Assembly (NCBI GenBank): GCA_965197905.1
Contig: CBDAOB010000005.1
Span: 1,824,001-1,888,000, forward strand
Length of the DNA stretch: 64,000 bases
Source of the DNA: Candidatus Latescibacterota bacterium
GTDB lineage: Bacteria; Latescibacterota; UBA2968; UBA8231
Direction of reading: 5' to 3'
Shown: one piece after another, positions 30,344 through 38,073 of the stretch
How the letters are laid out: each line of letters begins with the position of its first letter
Numbering within the stretch: the first letter of the stretch is position 1
The notes under the pieces: model-generated
Told to the model about the DNA's origin: nothing
Seen by the model: only the letters and a program-made list of their open reading frames with translations
The model's database searches: none
Position numbers and translations under genes: made by a program

Positions 30344-32209
30344 TTAGAATTTGGTTGTCGCCGATATTTCTTGTGCCCTGAGACGGGCGATCCTCGCCAG
30401 CTCTAGATCCTGGCTATACCGGGCAGCGTTCTGGTACGAATAGACAGCATCCTCCGAACGTTCCAGGACCAGCTGTAGATTTCCCAGATTGAACCAGGCG
30501 TCGGCATAGGTCGAATCGATGGCCAAGGCTGCTGCGTACGCCTCCTCCGCCTCGGCAAGGTTGCTACTCTCTTTCGCGGCCACGCCCAGGCGGGACCATA
30601 AGCTCGCACTTGGCGTGGACGATACCCCCAAAGACGCCCGGTAGTACTCGAGCGCTTCTTTGGCGTTTCCACCGCGCCCGAGCGCGAGGTCACCCAAGTG
30701 TTCCAGGGCGTCCGAGTTTTCGGCGTCGAATTTCAACACCCGTTCGTATTCTTGAATAGCTTCCTGCCACTTCTCCTGGCGCACGAAAACACCGGCGAGA
30801 TTCAACCTGGCGGCAATGACATCCGGAGAGACCGCAAGCAACGCGCGGAACTGCTCTTCCGCCTGCGCCCAGTTCCCCTGACGCAGATATAACCGTCCAA
30901 GGTTGTTCCGCGCGGCGGCGTGTCGCGGCCGCAGATTCAGGGCCTTGAGATACGCATTCTCTGCTTCCGCCCATTGAGCCCGCTTGGCATGTTCGTCACC
31001 CAGGCGCAGCTGCGGCTTTAGCATCATGGGCCCTTTGCGTGCCGCGTCCCCCCACAACTGCAGCTCATCCCCCCACACCCTGTTCCGGTCTACCGTCAAG
31101 GAGGCCAATATCACAAGGTAAAGACCCACTACGACCTTTGCTACCTTGGGCCGGCAACTGTTCAGGCTCGCAAATCCCCATATCGCGATGAGGCAAAAGC
31201 CGATGCCGGCCACGTACATGCGGTGCTCGTTGACCAACACGATCAGCGGAACGACGAGCGCAGGCAACAAAGCGATCAATGCCCACAGCCAGCCAAACGC
31301 GAGCAGTCGGCTATTCCGAATGATCACTATTGCCAGGGAAACGACAAACAACCAGACGCATAGAACAACCGGTTCGTCAACTTGGCGCGACAGTGAGAAT
31401 TGCGGATCGACACTCAAGCTGACCGGCACCCCGGTCGTAAACGCGTAAAATACGAGGGCTTTCAGTTGCGTCCACAGCTGCACATCGAGCGTGCGCACAG
31501 GGGTCAACACAGCTTTCTCGATGATCGACCGCACGAAAAGTAGATACAATGCCGGCAATGCCAGAAACGGCACGTACTGTCGCCATTGGGACCGTATGCC
31601 CTCCCATCCCCGGTGCAGCCAATCGCAACTCACCAGGCTGAGAACGGCTATTCCTCCCACGGATTTTGTCAGCAGCGACAGGGCAGCGGCGCAAACAGCG
31701 CCAACATACCATCGAGCGCTGCCCATTGTGCGAAAGCGCAGATATAGAACACACGCCAACAACAGAAAGGTCGCCATCAACAGCTCGGATCTGCTGCTGA
31801 CGTAGTTGACCGCTTCGGAGTTTATCGGATGTACAGCGAACAGCAGAGCTGCTCCCCCCGCCATCTTGCGGTCCCCCATCAGTTGCAACAGAAGCAGAAA
31901 CACCAATCCGGCATTCAGCCCGTGAAGCAATACGTTGGTACGATGAAAGGCGCGGGCGTCCAGTCCGCTCGAGCTGAAGTTGAGTGCATACGTTGCCAAT
32001 AACACCGGGCGGTACATCGCGTTTTCCGCCTCTTCCGAAAAGGTAGAAGGATCGAGGAAGAAACGGGAGACATTGCCGATCGATCGGATGTGGGGATTGC
32101 GGACGACCGAGTGAAAGTCGTCGTAATGGAAACCGTGATCGAGGCTTCCCCAGTACAGAGCGGTCGCGACACCGAAGACACTACATGCGATGGCGGCCGA
32201 GCGCAGCAA
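30344..32209 (-). CDS. TMTC-like membrane glycosyltransferase with TPRs, paralog 3
   Basis: FHYDD, MYRPV, VHPINSEAVNYVSSRSE, LLTKS, VNEHRMY, RNRVWGDELQLW, TPRs. Confidence 0.85.
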   Translation of the reverse strand: MLRSAAIACSVFGVATALYWGSLDHGFHYDDFHSVVRNPHIRSIGNVSRFFLDPSTFSEEAENAMYRPVLLATYALNFSSSGLDARAFHRTNVLLHGLNAGLVFLLLLQLMGDRKMAGGAALLFAVHPINSEAVNYVSSRSELLMATFLLLACVLYLRFRTMGSARWYVGAVCAAALSLLTKSVGGIAVLSLVSCDWLHRGWEGIRSQWRQYVPFLALPALYLLFVRSIIEKAVLTPVRTLDVQLWTQLKALVFYAFTTGVPVSLSVDPQFSLSRQVDEPVVLCVWLFVVSLAIVIIRNSRLLAFGWLWALIALLPALVVPLIVLVNEHRMYVAGIGFCLIAIWGFASLNSCRPKVAKVVVGLYLVILASLTVDRNRVWGDELQLWGDAARKGPMMLKPQLRLGDEHAKRAQWAEAENAYLKALNLRPRHAAARNNLGRLYLRQGNWAQAEEQFRALLAVSPDVIAARLNLAGVFVRQEKWQEAIQEYERVLKFDAENSDALEHLGDLALGRGGNAKEALEYYRASLGVSSTPSASLWSRLGVAAKESSNLAEAEEAYAAALAIDSTYADAWFNLGNLQLVLERSEDAVYSYQNAARYSQDLELARIARLRAQEISATTKF

Positions 32210-32218
32210 GGCTTGGAA

Positions 32219-32680
32219 TCACTCCTCTAATTCACTGCTGACTTCCACAAAGTCGCGCTCGCCCTCACTCCACATAAAGCACTTGTACCCCGCCATCTCG
32301 GATTTGTAGACTGAAAACACCAGGTATGCAACCCCGGGATAGGCAGGCTCATCCCATACCATGGCCCGTTCCTTGTCTTCATCGGAGAAGTACGCCTCGG
32401 TGTCCACGTGGGAATGGTAGATGCCCAGCAACCCGCCCCCGGCTGCTTCGGCTTGCCTGACGATGTCGAACAGCTTCTGCGGATCGATGTAGTAGGCTAT
32501 GCGTGAATCCCGGGGATAGCTTTCGGGATCTTTGGCGTGAAGGCTGTCCTGGATGTTCTCACACGGATGCACCTGGATTCCGTTCGGGCCTTCTGTCAGC
32601 AAGCCGCAGCATTCTGCAGGATACTCGTCGCGGGCGTGCTGAAGCATCACCTTCAGCGTATCTGGTTCCAGCGAAATCAG
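32219..32680 (-). CDS. mec: JAB/MPN+ (M67) metallopeptidase, Mec-like CysO-cysteine peptidase
   Basis: EYPAECCGLL and JAMM motif YHSHVDTEAYFSDED. Probable CTG start at 32680, 7 nt after AAGGAG (track start 32650). Confidence 0.88.
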   Translation of the reverse strand: MISLEPDTLKVMLQHARDEYPAECCGLLTEGPNGIQVHPCENIQDSLHAKDPESYPRDSRIAYYIDPQKLFDIVRQAEAAGGGLLGIYHSHVDTEAYFSDEDKERAMVWDEPAYPGVAYLVFSVYKSEMAGYKCFMWSEGERDFVEVSSELEE

Positions 32681-32692
32681 GTGAAATCTCCT

Positions 32693-33718
32693 TTACGAGA
32701 CGGAAGCTTCAAGAGCCGATCTCCACATCGGCGTGGTCATGTACTTGTCCCCACCGTCGCAGAACACGGTTACGACGACCCCTTCACTGAGCTGTTTGGC
32801 CACCTCTATGGCGCCCCAGTACGCGGCCCCGGACGACTGTCCAACCAAAACACCGGCGCGCTTTGGCAGATCCAGGGTAACGTCGTAAGCTACCTCCGTG
32901 CTCACCGTGATCTTGCGATCCAGCCATTTCTCGTTGTAGATCTCGGGAACAATTGAGCTCGCCATGTGTTTGAGACCTTCGATTCCATGAAACTCCTCCG
33001 GCTCGATAGCGATAATCTGGATGTTCGGGTCGAACGCCTTCAAACCCCGCCCCGTGCCCATTACCGTACCGCTGGTGCCAATGGTGGCAACGAAATGAGT
33101 CACCGTTTCGTTGGTTTGGCGCCAGATCTCGACGGCGGTGGTATCCCGGTGAGCCTTCCAATTAGAGGGATTGTTGTATTGATCCGGCTTGAAGTAGCGA
33201 TCCGGGTTTTCCTCGTATATCCGCCGCGCCTCCAGGATGGCGCCATCGGACATCTCCGAGGGATCGGTAAGAATAACCTCCGCACCGTAGGCCGAGAGAA
33301 TCGCCTTGCGCTCCGGACTCACATTCGCTGGCATGGCCAGCAACACCTTATAACCCTTCGCCGCCCCTATCATGGCATAGGCGATGCCGGTATTGCCGGA
33401 GGTGGAGTCGAGTATCGTTTTTCCGGGAACGAGGGCGCCGGAGCGCTCGCCATCCACGATCATGCGTAGAGCGGGCCGATCTTTAACCGAGCCTCCCGGG
33501 TTGAAGAACTCCAGTTTCGCGTAGACCCCCACGGCTGGCGGGATAGCTGGGTCGTGCAAGCGCAGCAATGGCGTGTTGCCGATGCCCTCGAGAATCGACG
33601 TCGGGCGCGACTCAGGTCCGGCTATATATAGATTGTTGCTTAAATCTCTGCTGAGGCTCAAAATTGGGATGGACGGCCAGGATCGGAGACGAGGTGGGAA
33701 TATGGTGACCTTCGGCAC
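32693..33718 (-). CDS. cysM: Cysteine synthase, CysM type
   Basis: IGNTPL, FNPGGSVKDRPA, DSTSGNTGIAYA, IGTSGT, GIEGLKHM, GQSSGA. Exact start uncertain. Confidence 0.85.
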   Translation of the reverse strand: MPKVTIFPPRLRSWPSIPILSLSRDLSNNLYIAGPESRPTSILEGIGNTPLLRLHDPAIPPAVGVYAKLEFFNPGGSVKDRPALRMIVDGERSGALVPGKTILDSTSGNTGIAYAMIGAAKGYKVLLAMPANVSPERKAILSAYGAEVILTDPSEMSDGAILEARRIYEENPDRYFKPDQYNNPSNWKAHRDTTAVEIWRQTNETVTHFVATIGTSGTVMGTGRGLKAFDPNIQIIAIEPEEFHGIEGLKHMASSIVPEIYNEKWLDRKITVSTEVAYDVTLDLPKRAGVLVGQSSGAAYWGAIEVAKQLSEGVVVTVFCDGGDKYMTTPMWRSALEASVS

Positions 33719-33729
33719 GCGCAGTATCG

Positions 33730-33758
33730 AATATATTTTGGCTCCCTATAGGTGTCAA
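33730..33758 (-). promoter_or_regulatory. sigma70 promoter of the cysM operon
   Basis: Minus strand TTGACA-N17-TATATT. Confidence 0.7.
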
Positions 33759-33775
33759 CTGAACCCTAACTCCGC

Positions 33776-33804
33776 TTGACACATGCAAATGCGATCTATA
33801 TCTT
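33776..33804 (+). promoter_or_regulatory. sigma70 promoter of aspS, back-to-back with the cysM promoter
   Basis: TTGACA-N17-TATCTT. Confidence 0.65.
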
Positions 33805-33884
33805 CCGATGTTTCCTCATTTGAGCTGTAGGTTGCCCCGGCACCCCACCCCACCTTGTTACCGAACGTGTAACCATCTCTAGCG

Positions 33885-35672
33885 ATGTCTGAATCGATCG
33901 AAAGCCTGGGCGATTGGCAGCGTAGCCATGACTGCGGCACTCTGACCAAAGGACAGATCGGTGAGACGGTCACCCTCATGGGCTGGGCCGGCCGTCGTCG
34001 TGACCACGGCGGCGTTATCTTCATCGACCTCCGCGACCGCTACGGAATTACCCAGGTCGTGTTCAATCCACAGCACGACGAGTCGGCGCACGCGAAGGCG
34101 GAATCTCTGCGCAGCGAGTACGTGATGGCAGTACAGGGGGTCGTGGAGGCGAGGCCCGATGGCATGGTAAATCCCAAGCTTCCCACTGGAGCGATCGAGG
34201 TCAACTGTCACGCGTTGCGGATACTGAACACGGCCCTCCCACCCGTCTTTCAGCTGGAAGAAGACCCGGATGTCAGCGAGGAGACCCGACTGAAATATCG
34301 TTTCCTCGATTTGCGGCGGGTGCCCATGCAGGAAAATCTGCGTCTGCGGCATCGAGCCTATCAGACCACGAGACGGGTTCTGGACGAGTTGGGCTTCCTT
34401 GAGGTCGAAACCCCATTTTTGATCAGGAGCACACCGGAGGGAGCTCGAGACTTTCTCGTCCCCAGTCGGGTTCACCCGGGGAGCTTCTTCGCCTTGCCCC
34501 AGTCGCCGCAGACTTACAAGCAGCTGCTCATGGTTTCCGGCTGCGACCGCTACTTCCAGATCGTAAAGTGCTTTCGCGACGAGGACCTGCGAGCCGACAG
34601 ACAACCCGAGTTCACCCAGATCGACCTCGAAATGTCCTTCGTGAACGAAAGGGACGTAATGCACGTGGCGGAAGGTGTCACCCGGGCGCTCTTTCGGGAA
34701 CTGGCTGGCTTGGAGTTACCCGATCCGTTTCCGCAATTAAACTACAGCGAAGCGATCGAGCGGTTTGGATCCGATAAACCCGACCTCAGATTTGGGCTCG
34801 AATTCGTCAATCTGGCCGAGGCTGCCGCCGCGTCCGAGTTCAACGTGTTCCTGAAGGTGCTTGAGAATGGCGGCCAGGTAAAAGGAATCAACGTAAAGGG
34901 GGGCAATAAGTTACCAAGAAGCCAGATCGACGATTTGATCGCCTTTACCCAAGCCCAGGGAGCCAAGGGATTAAGCTGGATCAAACACACAGTCGACGGC
35001 CTTGAATCCTCGATCGCGAAATTCTTTCCCGCACCTGCCCGCGACCTGGTCATCGCGGCGATGGCCTCAGAGCCGGGTGATCTGCTCCTGTTCGTCGCCG
35101 ATCAACCCGATAACGTTGCTCGCTACCTTTCGGCCCTCCGTCTCGAACTTGCCAGGCGTCTGGAACTAATTGAGGCCAACACATGGAAACCGTTGTGGGT
35201 CAAAGAGTTTCCCCTGCTTGAAAGAGATCCCGAAGCCAACCGCTTTGTCGCCATGCACCACCCGTTCACCGCGCCTATCGAGGACGATATCGAGGGGCTG
35301 GAAAGGGATCCCCAAGCCGTTCGAGCGCGGGCTTACGATCTGGTGTTGAACGGGAACGAGATTGCCGGAGGCAGCATACGAATCTTCCAGGAGCCGTTGC
35401 AACGCCGGGTCTTCGAGCTGCTGGCAATTTCAGCCGATGAAGCGCAACAGAAGTTCGGCTTTCTGCTGGAGGCGTTGCAGTACGGCGCTCCTCCGCACGG
35501 AGGTATCGCCTTCGGGTTCGACCGTCTGGTGGCATTGCTGGCAGGTGAAAGATCCATACGTGAGGTAATCGCCTTCCCCAAGACCAACAGGGCGGTCGGT
35601 CTGATGGAGAACGCCCCGGGCGCGGTAGATGAGTCCCAATTGCGCGAATTGGGCCTTTCGTTGACCCTTTGA
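33885..35672 (+). CDS. aspS: Aspartate--tRNA ligase
   Basis: RRRDHGGVIFIDLRD, STPEGARDF, LPQSPQ, CFRDEDLRADRQPEFTQID, GGSIRI, GAPPHGGIAFGFDR, IAFPKT. Confidence 0.98.
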   Translation: MSESIESLGDWQRSHDCGTLTKGQIGETVTLMGWAGRRRDHGGVIFIDLRDRYGITQVVFNPQHDESAHAKAESLRSEYVMAVQGVVEARPDGMVNPKLPTGAIEVNCHALRILNTALPPVFQLEEDPDVSEETRLKYRFLDLRRVPMQENLRLRHRAYQTTRRVLDELGFLEVETPFLIRSTPEGARDFLVPSRVHPGSFFALPQSPQTYKQLLMVSGCDRYFQIVKCFRDEDLRADRQPEFTQIDLEMSFVNERDVMHVAEGVTRALFRELAGLELPDPFPQLNYSEAIERFGSDKPDLRFGLEFVNLAEAAAASEFNVFLKVLENGGQVKGINVKGGNKLPRSQIDDLIAFTQAQGAKGLSWIKHTVDGLESSIAKFFPAPARDLVIAAMASEPGDLLLFVADQPDNVARYLSALRLELARRLELIEANTWKPLWVKEFPLLERDPEANRFVAMHHPFTAPIEDDIEGLERDPQAVRARAYDLVLNGNEIAGGSIRIFQEPLQRRVFELLAISADEAQQKFGFLLEALQYGAPPHGGIAFGFDRLVALLAGERSIREVIAFPKTNRAVGLMENAPGAVDESQLRELGLSLTL

Positions 35673-35709
35673 AATGTGCCTAACTATTTGTAAGGGCAGG
35701 AATTTTAAC

Positions 35710-35738
35710 TTGACATCACTTTTGGCGAACTGTAATTT
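35710..35738 (+). promoter_or_regulatory. sigma70 promoter for the lipoprotein-LysM operon
   Basis: TTGACA-N17-TAATTT in an AT-rich intergenic region. Confidence 0.6.
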
Positions 35739-35829
35739 TTCACTGTAACTGCAGCTAACATCAGCGTTTTCATTCGGATAGTGCCCAAATGGGAACTGCG
35801 GATGATGTCCATTCCGGAGGAGTCATTTA

Positions 35830-36117
35830 ATGAGCCAGTTTGTTACCCGATGTAGAAGGTTGACCGTCGCAGGGTCTGCCAGCGTGTTGCTCGCCCTTCC
35901 CCTGGTCTCCGGCTGCGCAGGCGGCCCTTCCCAGGAAGAGTTGGGCAGCCTTGAGGAGCGCCGCAACGCGGTTGCCGCGGCGGAAACCAAGGTTGCCGAT
36001 CTGAAGGCGGAAAAAGCGCGTTTGGAGCGCAAGCTCGCCGAGAAGAAGGCGGCCCTGAAACGGGCAAAGGATAACCAGGATGCAGCCAGCGCCGCGTTGA
36101 GCGGCAGAACCGAATAA
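35830..36117 (+). CDS. Small coiled-coil lipoprotein
   Basis: SD GGAGG; lipobox LVSG-C; heptad-rich Ala/Lys/Glu body. Confidence 0.8.
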   Translation: MSQFVTRCRRLTVAGSASVLLALPLVSGCAGGPSQEELGSLEERRNAVAAAETKVADLKAEKARLERKLAEKKAALKRAKDNQDAASAALSGRTE

Positions 36118-36126
36118 GATCTGATC

Positions 36127-36978
36127 ATGAAAAGGTTGATAGAGATGAGAAATGTGACGACGGTTGCCACCTCTCTACTTGTCTTGGGCCTGTTTTTTGG
36201 CGAGTCGGTGTCCGCCCAAGAAAAGATGACTCGCGAGCAGTATAAGATGGAGATGGTCGACCTGGATGTTCGTGAGGGGGCCGCTCAGGCTGAGATCACC
36301 CGCCTCGAAGGCGATATAGCTGCCTTGAAAGGTGATATCGACGCGGTCGATGCGGACGCAGCCTCGGTCCGTGCAAATACTCTGAGCATGTTGGGCGTCT
36401 CGGAGAGGGAGTTCATGGCTGCCGAAAAGCGTTTGCGGGGCATGTTGAAACAACTCGAAGGCTTGTCGGCTTTGGCCCCCGAGGAGAGGTTCCATCAACG
36501 CGCAGAATTGGACGATGTCGAGGCCCGTCTCGCGATTATCAAGAAACGGAAGCTCGCTGCACACCCGGATCTCGCACACCTGATCGCCAGAGTAGACGGC
36601 ATGCTCAGCGATTTGCGCAGCGGAATGCCACGGCAGATGAGCGTCGATTACACCGTGGTCCGTGGCGACAACCTGTGGAACATTGCGAAGAAGGACGACA
36701 TCTACGCCGACCCGTACATGTGGCCCAGGATCTACCGCGCCAATCGTAACGCGATTAAGGACCCCGACCTCATTTACCCGAAGCAGACCTTGTCTGTTCC
36801 CTTCGGGGTTTCCGAGAACCAATACCTGGTTACTCGCGGAGACTTCCTGTCGAAGATCGCGGCCGCCGTGTACAACGATCCGACCAAGTGGCACAAGATC
36901 TATCAGGCCAACAAGGAACAGATTGTCGAGCCGAACCTGGTGTTTCCGGCCCAGGTGTTTGACGTGCCCTCCAACTGA
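36127..36978 (+). CDS. Secreted coiled-coil protein with two LysM domains
   Basis: Signal peptide; YTVVRGDNLWNIA...WPRIYRAN...PDLIYP and YLVTRGDFLSKIA...WHKIYQAN...PNLVFP. Confidence 0.92.
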   Translation: MKRLIEMRNVTTVATSLLVLGLFFGESVSAQEKMTREQYKMEMVDLDVREGAAQAEITRLEGDIAALKGDIDAVDADAASVRANTLSMLGVSEREFMAAEKRLRGMLKQLEGLSALAPEERFHQRAELDDVEARLAIIKKRKLAAHPDLAHLIARVDGMLSDLRSGMPRQMSVDYTVVRGDNLWNIAKKDDIYADPYMWPRIYRANRNAIKDPDLIYPKQTLSVPFGVSENQYLVTRGDFLSKIAAAVYNDPTKWHKIYQANKEQIVEPNLVFPAQVFDVPSN

Positions 36979-37030
36979 TCAGGAGAGCAGCATACACACA
37001 TTTTGAGTAATACCTAAATAAACCTACTAC

Positions 37031-37082
37031 GTGAGAGGGGTTCGGTACCTGTGAACGGGTATCGGGCCCCTTTCGCATTTCT
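37031..37082 (+). terminator. Long hairpin (21 bp, 6 G-U pairs), probable terminator after the LysM gene
   Basis: 37031-37051 pairs with 37056-37076 around a TGAA loop, followed by ATTTCT. Confidence 0.6.
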
Positions 37083-37094
37083 GGCGGCAAAGAT

Positions 37095-38060
37095 TTGAAG
37101 AACGGCACCAGTATTTCGATCGCCCAAATAGATCCCCTTACACTGTTCGGCACGAATGATCGGAATCTCCTACTTATCGAAAAGAATTACGGGGTTTCCC
37201 TGGTCGCTCGGGGCGATCGGCTCCTGTTGAATGGTCCCGCGGATTCCATTCAGAACGCAACAGGTATGATTGAGCACCTGGTAACTCGCCTGCGCTCGGT
37301 TCCTCCCGTTGATGAAGCCGAGCTGCGGTCGATTATTGAGGGCGACATTCCGACTATTCAGTCGGACGGTCGGTTGTGTGACGATAACGCGGTGGTGAAA
37401 ACCTACAAAGGATCGGTGCGCGCTCGCACGGATGGGCAGGCGAGCTACCTAAAGGCGATATCCAAGCTTGATATCGTCTTTGCTATCGGTCCAGCAGGAA
37501 CCGGAAAGACATTTTTGGCCGTCGCGATTGCGGTGGCCGCACTCAAGATAAAACGGGTTTCGCGCATAGTCCTGGTACGACCTGCGGTCGAAGCGGGAGA
37601 ACGCCTCGGGTTTCTACCGGGAGCCCTCGAAGACAAAGTGGATCCGTACTTGCGCCCGCTGTATGACGCCCTCCAAAACCTCCTCGAGCCCGAGCGTCTG
37701 CGCCGCTTTCAGGATATGAAGATTATCGAGGTTGCCCCGTTGGCCTACATGCGGGGTCGCACCCTAGACAATGCGTTCATAATTCTCGATGAAGCGCAGA
37801 ATACCACCCCTCAACAGATGAAGATGTTCTTGACCCGCCTGGGAAGCGGTTCGAAGGCGGTCATCACCGGGGACATCACCCAAACCGACCTGCCCGAAGA
37901 CCAGCCTTCCGGACTCATCGAGGTGCAGAAGATCCTCAACAATCAAACCGAGATTGCGTTCATACATATGGGCCAGAATGACGTGGTCCGCAATCCGCTC
38001 GTTCAATCCATCATTCGCGCCTACGAACATCACGAAATCGGCAACGGCCAGCCACGTTAG
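37095..38060 (+). CDS. phoH: PhoH-family ATPase (YbeZ-like)
   Basis: GPAGTGKT, RPAVEAGERLGFLPG, PLAYMRGRTL, ILDEAQN, TGDITQTDL, DVVRNPLV. Confidence 0.95.
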   Translation: MKNGTSISIAQIDPLTLFGTNDRNLLLIEKNYGVSLVARGDRLLLNGPADSIQNATGMIEHLVTRLRSVPPVDEAELRSIIEGDIPTIQSDGRLCDDNAVVKTYKGSVRARTDGQASYLKAISKLDIVFAIGPAGTGKTFLAVAIAVAALKIKRVSRIVLVRPAVEAGERLGFLPGALEDKVDPYLRPLYDALQNLLEPERLRRFQDMKIIEVAPLAYMRGRTLDNAFIILDEAQNTTPQQMKMFLTRLGSGSKAVITGDITQTDLPEDQPSGLIEVQKILNNQTEIAFIHMGQNDVVRNPLVQSIIRAYEHHEIGNGQPR

Positions 38061-38073
38061 ATTGCCTTCCCCA

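Noticed and set aside
30051..32680. Ubl + JAB as an antiphage ubiquitin-like system (CBASS/Bil-type)
   Set aside because: No E1/E2 or CD-NTase nearby; the flanking cysteine synthases explain the pair as sulfur metabolism.
33879..34664. 261-aa - strand ORF
   Set aside because: Shadow of aspS.
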